Shown here: piece by piece, positions 50,507-57,624 of the stretch
Numbering within the stretch: position 1 is the first letter of the stretch
Layout of the letters: the number at the start of each line of letters is the position of its first letter
Source: a virus
Lineage: Duplodnaviria; Caudoviricetes
IMG/VR virus record: IMGVR_UViG_3300045588_000058
Span: 1 to 57,624 of that record
Length of the DNA stretch: 57,624 nt
Direction: 5' to 3' (one strand)
Program-made: the position numbers and the translations under genes
The notes under the pieces: generated by a model
Told to the model about the DNA's origin: nothing
The model's input: only the letters and a program-made list of their open reading frames with translations
Database searches by the model: none

Positions 50507-52531
50507 TTATCTAAATATTTTATTTTTTGGTGTGTTAAACATTGATCTGCTTTCTGTAAACAGAGTATTCTTTTTGTTCTTCTTGAACATTGATTGTATT
50601 CTTACATCTTGTTCTCCTCCTATTTTTCCCATAATGGGATCTAGTTTCATTGCTAAAGCTATTGCAAGCTCTGCAGCAATAATTCTATCAAAGTTACCTG
50701 ATTCATTATATTGAATCATTTCCTCAAGTAGAACAGGATCAAATATCTTAGCCATACCTTTTATCTCAGACTTGATGTTACCATCATCATCTTTTTCTGT
50801 ATGTATCACTTCTTCTGTATATTTCTTAAGACATCCATGTAAGAAGTCTCTAATCTTTTCAGAAGATCTATGTATTCCGTAATCCCTTCTAACTGTGGTG
50901 TTTGGAACTATTTCTTTTAACCAATCTGGTTGTCTCTCTAAATAATGTGCATCTCCTTTAGCTATCATGTAGTCAATAAAGCTGATCTCATCATTCTCAC
51001 ATAAAGCTCTAGCGTTGTAATACTTGATAAGGTAACGAGCTTGTTCTTCCCATGTTTCTTTTTTCTCTGGTCTAGCACAATAACTAGCAACAAACATATC
51101 TTGATACTTTTCTCCAGATATAGCATGCATACGTTTGTATATATATACAGACCCTAATGAACTTGAATATGCAGACTTACCTTGTCTATAAGGGTCAATC
51201 CCTGCTACGTATAATCCATATGGAGGAGCTTCAATTGGAAACTCATATATCACTATAGGAGCTTCTTTGTTATCTGTATTCTTTAATGGAAAATTTGATA
51301 TAGGCATTTTATCTGTAAACTCATGTTTTACACCATCACCATCATCATAAAGTACAACAGGAGTTCCTGTTCTCTCTTGTGATAACAATCTACTCTTCTG
51401 TCTTTTAGAAGCTTCTATATCAAATATGTTTGTATCTTCATTTAAGAATATATCATCTACCTCTTGTGGGTAATACATCTTCTCTTTTAAATAAGCTAGT
51501 CTATCACCAGCTTTCTTTAATCTGTCAAGGTTATCATTTGTAATCTTATCTGCTTTCTTTTCATTAGATACTAACATCTTTACATTATGCAGTTCTGATT
51601 TTGCTGGTTGATCAAGATAGGCTCCAAGTGTAGAATCTTCTTTAGCTTCCATTCTATACTTATGTGAGATAAATAGTCCATGGATTCTTTGATCATCTTT
51701 TGCACTATTATATTCTAGGAAGTTAAAGTTTTGAACATCAAACATTAAACTTTTTGCATCCATGAAGTTCTGCATATCCCCACCTGTACCTGTAAGGATA
51801 GGGCTACATCCCCATCCAAATGGTGTTGTAAAACCTGGTGTAGCAGCTTGTAATCCTCGTAAAAAGTTACCCTTACCTATCTCATCAATAATAAGCCTTC
51901 TAGGTTTTGTACCTGCAATAGCTTCTTCATTGTTACCACCATCTAAGTTACGAATAAGGATCTGAGAAAAGGGGATTCTCTCTCCTGCTTTTGTCTTGAT
52001 CCCTAATGTAACTTGGTTTTTCCAATTGTCTTCTACCCTCTGCCATCTCCAGGCTTCTGGTAAGAAGTTTAATCCTTTGTCAATCTTATCTGTAATAAGC
52101 TTTATATCGGGAGCATTCAATCCTGCTATAATGTTTTGGGAGTTCTCATCAAACGTTGCCCCATGACCTATATAACTACTCTCAATTACTGACTTAGCTA
52201 AACGACGAATGCCTAGTATCACTAGACCTTTTTTCTCGTTGTGTGCTCTATCTATTTCATTTGTGATTATCCATTCATTATCACGTAGATAAGGATTAGC
52301 ATATTTTTGTGATATTCTTCCTCGTTCATCTATCATATCAACTTCTGTATTCCAAAAGTTTAAATGCCAATATAGAAAAGGGTTAATATATACTCCTCCC
52401 ATTGTACAACCATCAATACATAGTTGTTTATGAAAAGCATAAAATGCTTTATACTCTTCTGAGTCTTTTGATGGAATTCTTTTTTGATTGATAAACCATT
52501 CATTGTAATCAATGCTTTGTAAACCATCCAT
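50507..52531 (-). CDS. terL: Terminase large subunit
   Basis: GIRRLAKS Walker-A-like, LIIDEIGK Walker B, TGTGG, YVAGIDPY nuclease, GNFDRI. Confidence 0.95.
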   Translation of the reverse strand: MDGLQSIDYNEWFINQKRIPSKDSEEYKAFYAFHKQLCIDGCTMGGVYINPFLYWHLNFWNTEVDMIDERGRISQKYANPYLRDNEWIITNEIDRAHNEKKGLVILGIRRLAKSVIESSYIGHGATFDENSQNIIAGLNAPDIKLITDKIDKGLNFLPEAWRWQRVEDNWKNQVTLGIKTKAGERIPFSQILIRNLDGGNNEEAIAGTKPRRLIIDEIGKGNFLRGLQAATPGFTTPFGWGCSPILTGTGGDMQNFMDAKSLMFDVQNFNFLEYNSAKDDQRIHGLFISHKYRMEAKEDSTLGAYLDQPAKSELHNVKMLVSNEKKADKITNDNLDRLKKAGDRLAYLKEKMYYPQEVDDIFLNEDTNIFDIEASKRQKSRLLSQERTGTPVVLYDDGDGVKHEFTDKMPISNFPLKNTDNKEAPIVIYEFPIEAPPYGLYVAGIDPYRQGKSAYSSSLGSVYIYKRMHAISGEKYQDMFVASYCARPEKKETWEEQARYLIKYYNARALCENDEISFIDYMIAKGDAHYLERQPDWLKEIVPNTTVRRDYGIHRSSEKIRDFLHGCLKKYTEEVIHTEKDDDGNIKSEIKGMAKIFDPVLLEEMIQYNESGNFDRIIAAELAIALAMKLDPIMGKIGGEQDVRIQSMFKKNKKNTLFTESRSMFNTPKNKIFR

Positions 52532-52863
52532 TATTTTCTACCCTTTAAGAAATCTTCTGCCATAGATCCAAGCTCAACACCACCTCTTACAGGCACCACT
52601 TTTGCTTCTTCTTTTTCTCTAAGCTTTTCAACTTGTTCAAGAAGAGCTAAATAGTTCTTCATTGTTTCTTGTACAAACTTACCCTGAGCTTCAATACTTG
52701 CAATCACCATAGGCATAGCACCACCAGCTTTGGTTTCTTTCCATTTTATTCTATCCTCTAATGTATGTAAGGGATTAGCATCAACGTATTGTTTCCAGCT
52801 TGATAATTGTTCTTCAGCCCAATCCAGTTCTGCTGTTATGTATGTAGTTTTCTTTACTGCCAT
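52531..52863 (-). CDS. Candidate terminase small subunit
   Basis: 110-aa helical protein translationally coupled (TAATG) to terL; C-terminal VRGG. Confidence 0.5.
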   Translation of the reverse strand: MAVKKTTYITAELDWAEEQLSSWKQYVDANPLHTLEDRIKWKETKAGGAMPMVIASIEAQGKFVQETMKNYLALLEQVEKLREKEEAKVVPVRGGVELGSMAEDFLKGRK

Positions 52864-52874
52864 TTTGTAGTTAT

Positions 52875-53147
52875 TTAATCTTCCTCCTCTTCAAATAATG
52901 TTCTTTCCAAATTCATACCATCTTTTATAATAGCATCTATTTCTTCCTCATCTATATGATTGACATCCATTTCTAGTTCTGTTTCATACTTTTTTAACAA
53001 TGTAAAAAGTTCTTTATCAGAAACTCCCCATAAATCAGAAGCATCTACTGCTGTTGATATATGTCTTCCCATATTGTATGTAGGATGGGCTTTATGTAAA
53101 TGTTCTAGGATTTGTATAATTTGCCGATAGTGATTTAATCTTTTCAT
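52875..53147 (-). CDS. Hypothetical protein
   Basis: 90-aa ORF in operon context, acidic C-terminus. Confidence 0.7.
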   Translation of the reverse strand: MKRLNHYRQIIQILEHLHKAHPTYNMGRHISTAVDASDLWGVSDKELFTLLKKYETELEMDVNHIDEEEIDAIIKDGMNLERTLFEEEED

Positions 53148-53152
53148 TTGTG

Positions 53153-53371
53153 TTATATTAAATCATTTATATCTCCTTCAAATATACTTCTTTCTGTTGC
53201 ATCATCTTCTTCTTCATTATAAAACATATATTCTTCTTTAATAGTTATGTGTATAATGTCTCTGTTTTTTTCATCATTCTTTCCTGATATGTCAATATAA
53301 TCTGCACCACTTTCATATAAATCTTGAAGAATTTCTATAAGGGATTCTAAAGGTATTTTACGTAGTTTCAT
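53153..53371 (-). CDS. Hypothetical acidic protein
   Basis: 72-aa ORF in operon context. Confidence 0.65.
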   Translation of the reverse strand: MKLRKIPLESLIEILQDLYESGADYIDISGKNDEKNRDIIHITIKEEYMFYNEEEDDATERSIFEGDINDLI

Positions 53372-53639
53372 TATCTGTAAGTGTTTGTGCAGACATCCAT
53401 TTTCTTAATGGGCATTCACATGTTAGACATTTAGTTTTTGCAGCTAATGTACAACCACAATTTGTGCAATGTGCATCTGGTCTTATTGTTTTATAATCTT
53501 TTTTATTGGAAGAATGTTCTTCACAAGAATTACATATAGACATTCTTTCTTTTGCAACTTTAATTATATCAGTATGTAAATATTGAGAAGGCGTGAGATT
53601 GTTTTTCCATCCTTCAACTATTTGGCTAATCTTAGACAT
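53358..53639 (-). CDS. Small Zn-binding Cys-rich protein
   Basis: RMSICNSC...CTNCGC...KT.C..CECP..KW. Confidence 0.75.
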   Translation of the reverse strand: MSKISQIVEGWKNNLTPSQYLHTDIIKVAKERMSICNSCEEHSSNKKDYKTIRPDAHCTNCGCTLAAKTKCLTCECPLRKWMSAQTLTDNETT

Positions 53640-53979
53640 TGACTTTTGGTTTTAAAGTTTTTATACTTGTAGCTATTATCTGTAACTTAAGTGTAACAGC
53701 ATTTTTTTTAACTTCTGTAATGTTCTCATCTAACAACATATTATTATAAGCTTTCTCAATAGCAAGTAATTTATTATATTGTGTAACAGCTTTCTTTTGA
53801 TTAAAAAAGAATTTACCAAACCCAGAAATCTCAACACTCTTATTAATATTAAGAGCATCATTAGCAGAATCAAATTGATGATTAATAACTTGATCAATAA
53901 TCTTCTCTGATATAACTAATTGAATAGACATTCTTTTAGTAATCCATTCCTTAACAGACATTGTTGCTGGTTTATTCAT
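53632..53979 (-). CDS. IHF/HU-like DNA-binding protein
   Basis: IIDQVI.HQF...AL...KSVEISGFGKF. Confidence 0.75.
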   Translation of the reverse strand: MNKPATMSVKEWITKRMSIQLVISEKIIDQVINHQFDSANDALNINKSVEISGFGKFFFNQKKAVTQYNKLLAIEKAYNNMLLDENITEVKKNAVTLKLQIIATSIKTLKPKVNV

Positions 53980-54328
53980 GTGTAAGCTTTATATCTAATG
54001 TAACATCTTTACTAAAATTAATAACAATCTTTGGATTAACTTTCACTTTACCAGCTTCTTTAATAAATATACCTATCTTCTTAAGCTTGCTTATAATGTT
54101 ATTAATCGTAGGACTTGTTGTGTTATGTAGTTTACAAAACTCTTCTCTTACATTAGCATATGTAATGTTTCCTTTAACTGCTGTAAAAGCTATAAGTTGA
54201 ATTTCTCTTTCTGTTAATTGTAAAGAATTTATAACAGATAGAATAGAATAATACTTTTCAGCTAGTTGTATATCTGTAGATATACTCTTCTTTAGTCTTT
54301 GTATTACTATATTATTTGTTGGTTCCAT
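53972..54328 (-). CDS. Winged-helix DNA-binding protein (RepL-like)
   Basis: LTEREIQLIA...TINNIISKLKKIGIF...VNP. Confidence 0.7.
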   Translation of the reverse strand: MEPTNNIVIQRLKKSISTDIQLAEKYYSILSVINSLQLTEREIQLIAFTAVKGNITYANVREEFCKLHNTTSPTINNIISKLKKIGIFIKEAGKVKVNPKIVINFSKDVTLDIKLTHE

Positions 54329-54351
54329 AATTTAGTTTTATATTCTATTGA

Positions 54352-54385
54352 CAAAGATATATAAAAAATATATATAAAAAACAAA
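54352..54385 (-). promoter_or_regulatory. Bacteroidota-type promoter (TATCTTTG -7) at the head of the minus-strand module
   Basis: Exact TAnnTTTG at 54352-54359; TTTG 22 nt upstream (slightly long spacing). Confidence 0.6.
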
Positions 54386-54679
54386 TTATATACATATTTT
54401 TATTTCATTGCTATATTATGAGCTTTTTTCTCTATATATGCTTATAGGATAGATAGTGAAAAAACCCATATTATCATTACCAAGCCCAACCACCGCCCCA
54501 AAGGTATAGAGTATTTATAACATACACAAGTTTTAAAAAAAATTTTTTTTTCAAAATTTTAGAAACCTATTGTATGTGTGCCTTTTATGACCACTCCATC
54601 TCAAGACCCCCACAACAATTTGAGCGGTTGAGGATATTCCCCCATTAAACGTAACGCTCAATTAAAAAACAGAAACACC

Positions 54680-55081
54680 ATGAGATCACTTAAAATTGTT
54701 AAAGCCAACTTCACGCCTGCAGGAAATGCTTACTTTGTTGATAAAGCTAAAGAATCTTACTTCTGCCCAAAAGCAGTGTTAGTAGAAAAAGGTTGGACCA
54801 AAGCGGAGGACATCACATTCCCATTGTACTGTAATGTTAACACATTCACATACAACAACGTTAACCCTGACACTAAAGAAGTATTGCTTAACGCTGATGG
54901 AACAGCAAGCACGTTCACAAGAGTTGACATCATTGATGCATTCACAAGTGCACAAGCATTGGCTGATGATTATGCTGACGATTTTGCATTGGACATCCTT
55001 AAAGCACAAGCAGTGAAATCAACTGCAGTGAGCGCAGGATTATCACAAGCAAACGTTGATGCATTGTTAGCACAAATCTAA
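54680..55081 (+). CDS. Hypothetical protein, first plus-strand (early-type) gene
   Basis: 133 aa; A-rich leader; marked AAC/TAC/TTC/ATC codon preference; followed by hairpin 55092-55115. Confidence 0.85.
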   Translation: MRSLKIVKANFTPAGNAYFVDKAKESYFCPKAVLVEKGWTKAEDITFPLYCNVNTFTYNNVNPDTKEVLLNADGTASTFTRVDIIDAFTSAQALADDYADDFALDILKAQAVKSTAVSAGLSQANVDALLAQI

Positions 55082-55091
55082 ACTGGATCAC

Positions 55092-55115
55092 GAGCCTCTC
55101 AATTATGGGAGGCTC
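55092..55115 (+). terminator. Hairpin after first early gene
   Basis: GAGCCTCTC-AATTAT-GGGAGGCTC, no U-tract. Confidence 0.5.
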
Positions 55116-55214
55116 AACATTCAACTTAGTGTTAAGCTTAACGTGACACAAACATTAGACTTATATATAAGGGTGGGAGTGTAACGTTTGGTTGGGTATA
55201 ACTAACGACGAACT

Positions 55215-55327
55215 TTTACTCCTATATATATACTAAAATTTTATTATCCTTAATAGAAAAGTTTACTCCTATATATATAAGAATATTATCAGCTCACAGA
55301 GAAGCAAATAGTTTATATATAGGAGTA
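55215..55327. repeat. Two 18-bp direct repeats plus one inverted 14-bp copy
   Basis: TTTACTCCTATATATATA at 55215-55232 and 55262-55279; TATATATAGGAGTA at 55314-55327. Confidence 0.85.
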
Positions 55328-55517
55328 TTATTTTTTGTAGGAAGAAATAAAACTTTTTACGAGGGAGAAATAAACTTCTTGTAAGAATATTACATAGGAA
55401 TGTTATGTTTTTGTGTGAAATGTGTGTGTAAATGTATTAACGTGTAGACCTTCAAGACATAATAGAGCTTACTAACTAAGCAATAATAACGTAAAATAAA
55501 CAAATACATATAGCATT

Positions 55518-55706
55518 ATGAAACAATTAACCTATGCAGAGATAGAACTATTACAATATACATTACTTATACATATGAGAGATAGTGGTAATCAAAGTTC
55601 TAATCTTAAATCATTATATAATAAACTTACTGTTATGAGAGCTCAGTTAGAATCTACTAAGTATTATAAAGATATTTTAGAAGAAGATATAGTTAACTCT
55701 ATATAG
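55518..55706 (+). CDS. Hypothetical protein
   Basis: 62-aa ORF with A-rich leader. Confidence 0.6.
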   Translation: MKQLTYAEIELLQYTLLIHMRDSGNQSSNLKSLYNKLTVMRAQLESTKYYKDILEEDIVNSI

Positions 55707-55854
55707 AATAATAATAATGGGCTCTTCTTAGGGCCCTTTATAATACAATCAACTACCAAGTGATATTTGGTGTAATATTAGAAGAGCATTAGAAGTATGC
55801 TATAGTTGATTGTTTTTTTACAAAAAAATTATTAACTGACTAAATAACAAAATT

Positions 55855-56058
55855 ATGACTGATAAATCAGCAATTACTCAACAAGAGTTAAATAGATACG
55901 GAATGGATAGCGTAGACAATATGTCAATAACTAAATTTAAACTTTTACTTGATAGAAGAGTAAATTTAAAAGATAGTGATTATACTACTATGTCAGATAG
56001 CGAATGGATTAAACATTTAAAAAATTCTCTTGTAGAATTATTAAATAGTAGAGATTAA
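55855..56058 (+). CDS. Hypothetical protein
   Basis: 67-aa ORF with A-rich leader. Confidence 0.65.
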   Translation: MTDKSAITQQELNRYGMDSVDNMSITKFKLLLDRRVNLKDSDYTTMSDSEWIKHLKNSLVELLNSRD

Positions 56059-56129
56059 CAACACTTTAGTCAGTCAATTACAGATAATGCTGGGTTGACT
56101 GATTATATTAACATTAAATAATATACATT

Positions 56130-56447
56130 ATGAAAAATACTAAAGAAGAATTTTTAAGACATATTAAAGAAAGAAAAGTATTATGTGCTGAAATATCTTA
56201 TAAAGATTGTTGGGATTATGAATCAGATACAAAAGAATGTAAACTACATGTTGGTTATACAGAAGAACAATATAATGCATTTGTTGAATCATTAGATTTT
56301 AAGTATGATGCAGGATATGGTGGACAAGAACTATTTGGTACTATTTGGTATAAAGATGGTACATGGTCTGATAGAGGTGAATATGATGGAAGTGAATGGT
56401 GGGAATATCATGAATGTCCTATTGTTCCTAAATCATTATTATTTTAG
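56130..56447 (+). CDS. Conserved phage hypothetical protein
   Basis: 105 aa; YDAGYGGQELFGTIW..DGTW..RGEYDGSEWW motif recalled from many phages. Confidence 0.8.
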   Translation: MKNTKEEFLRHIKERKVLCAEISYKDCWDYESDTKECKLHVGYTEEQYNAFVESLDFKYDAGYGGQELFGTIWYKDGTWSDRGEYDGSEWWEYHECPIVPKSLLF

Positions 56448-56569
56448 TTTTTTAATAATATGTATCACAGCAACAAACACAATCAAAGAATAACTAATAT
56501 ATTATGGATTATTATTATATTCTTTGTATTTTTAATTAAATTTATATTAACTCCTTAATAATAAACAAA

Positions 56570-56701
56570 ATGAAGAAAATTAAACAAGAATTAGCCTATG
56601 CTTGGAAGCATAAAGAAGCAGTATTAACAATAACATTAATATTTATTGTTATGTTTTTTAGTTTACTAATTATAGAACAAGTAATAGATAAAACATTATG
56701 A
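56570..56701 (+). CDS. 43-aa single-TM peptide (not in ORF track)
   Basis: MKKIKQELAYAWKHKEAVLTITLIFIVMFFSLLIIEQVIDKTL; ATGA overlap with next gene. Confidence 0.7.
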   Translation: MKKIKQELAYAWKHKEAVLTITLIFIVMFFSLLIIEQVIDKTL

Positions 56702-56904
56702 AAGCAACAAAACTTATGTTAGCAGCAATAGCTTCATTTATTACTACATGGAGCTCAATTAGTCTTATTGGATATGCATTATCTGATATGTCCTTACGTG
56801 AATGTTTCATTAATAATGGAACAATAATGTTTATGTTATTATTTGGTTGGATACCAGCATTTATAATAACATGTGATCTTGATACTAAACTTAAAAGATA
56901 TTAA
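56698..56904 (+). CDS. Small two-TM membrane protein
   Basis: 68 aa, two hydrophobic segments. Confidence 0.75.
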   Translation: MKATKLMLAAIASFITTWSSISLIGYALSDMSLRECFINNGTIMFMLLFGWIPAFIITCDLDTKLKRY

Positions 56905-56907
56905 ATT

Positions 56908-57099
56908 ATGAAAACAGAACAAATTGAACAAAGGTTATTAGACATCAATAATAAGATATATTTCTTAGATGGTCTTAGAGATGCACATGATGATACAAAC
57001 ATTCATGAGATAGAACAAGAACAAGAAGCATTAATCAATGAGAGATACACATTAACACAATTGTTAGATAGTTGTTTTGATGAAATGATTGGTATATAA
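56908..57099 (+). CDS. Hypothetical coiled-coil protein
   Basis: 63-aa ORF in operon. Confidence 0.7.
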   Translation: MKTEQIEQRLLDINNKIYFLDGLRDAHDDTNIHEIEQEQEALINERYTLTQLLDSCFDEMIGI

Positions 57100-57160
57100 T
57101 TTTTATTCTCTCTTAGTTATGCTAGGAGAGATTTTATAAATCCTTAATAAATTAAATATA

Positions 57161-57391
57161 ATGAGTAAAGCTATGGAACAAAAAATTAACAAAGAATTAG
57201 AACTGTTAAAATCAAATATAGATTCATATATGATTAAAACAGAAAAACAACTAATGTTGAAAGATGAAATGATTGATATGTTAGAAGAAATCAATGAATT
57301 GAGTGATAAACAAATCAAATCAATGACATTTGCTTGTGTAATAGTATCAATAGCATTGTTAGTGGTAACATGTATTGCTATATTAACATGA
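57161..57391 (+). CDS. Coiled-coil protein with C-terminal TM anchor
   Basis: 76 aa ending FACVIVSIALLVVTCIAILT. Confidence 0.75.
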   Translation: MSKAMEQKINKELELLKSNIDSYMIKTEKQLMLKDEMIDMLEEINELSDKQIKSMTFACVIVSIALLVVTCIAILT

Positions 57392-57543
57392 GAGCTAGAG
57401 TTAAAAAAGGAACATTAGTTTGCTCAACTAATCCTTACAGACACACATTGTCTAAAAGACTAATAGTAGAAGTGATATATACCTTCAGAAGAGGTATAAT
57501 AAGACAAAGAACAATAGATGTAAGACAAACACTTAATCAATAA
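57388..57543 (+). CDS. Small basic protein
   Basis: Likely start ATG 57388 (ATGA overlap) rather than 57334; 51 aa, Arg-rich. Confidence 0.6.
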   Translation: MRARVKKGTLVCSTNPYRHTLSKRLIVEVIYTFRRGIIRQRTIDVRQTLNQ

Positions 57544-57547
57544 TAAC

Positions 57548-57624
57548 ATGGAAGTAAAGATTTACAGAGAACCAGAGAATGAAGCTCTTATTCTAAATGA
57601 AGAACAATTAGCTGAATATAATGA
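57548..57624 (+). CDS. Partial hypothetical protein (truncated by window)
   Basis: MEVKIYREPENEALILNEEQLAEYN... open to the window end. Confidence 0.6.
   Translation, partial: MEVKIYREPENEALILNEEQLAEYN

Noticed and set aside
44916-52531. Introns or inteins in terL, portal or MCP
   Set aside because: ORFs are continuous and of normal length, with no intein terminal or LAGLIDADG motifs seen
688-54200. Numerous short plus-strand ORFs and alternate-frame minus ORFs inside large genes
   Set aside because: Fully nested in well-supported genes, with no motifs or initiation context
54485-55196. CCCAACCA / TGGTTGGG inverted 8-mer flanking the first early gene
   Set aside because: Too short to distinguish from chance; no transposase, recombinase or target duplication
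55215-55327. CRISPR array
   Set aside because: Only two direct copies of a low-complexity 18-mer, third copy inverted, no cas genes
1-57624. Stop-codon reassignment (TAG/TGA) as in some gut crAss-like phages
   Set aside because: All expected genes are full-length under code 11, coding density is high, and no suppressor tRNA is seen

Overview
An AT-rich (roughly 30% GC by eye) segment of a crAss-like (Crassvirales-type) phage infecting Bacteroidota, using the standard genetic code. Positions 1-54328 are one long minus-strand virion and packaging module. Reading 5'->3' it encodes HTH, IHF-like and Zn-finger genes, a TerS candidate, TerL, portal, scaffold-like protein and major capsid protein. 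A structured RNA cluster ending in a tRNA-Met(CAT) follows. Next come head/ring proteins, three fibre genes, Thr-rich decoration genes, a metallophosphoesterase, tail ring proteins, the tail muzzle/stabilisation protein and a GIY-YIG endonuclease. The module ends with internal cargo proteins, a 4232-aa virion RNA polymerase (DFDID motif) and a 1606-aa nuclease-containing ejection protein. After a strand switch near 54.5 kb, small plus-strand early-type genes begin. Most notable: (1) the muzzle gene appears split in two by modules (DCTLxG peptides, a 'GPF...KSTGxC' domain, poly-Thr linkers) that also occur as stand-alone genes; (2) a ~20-copy xQxGG-like motif in two cargo proteins; (3) five consecutive stem-loop modules behind the MCP gene, one displaying a perfect anti-Shine-Dalgarno 9-mer, followed by an atypical initiator-like tRNA; (4) two families of conserved boxes upstream of Bacteroidota-type promoters. 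All family assignments come from motif recognition and gene order only; no searches were run.
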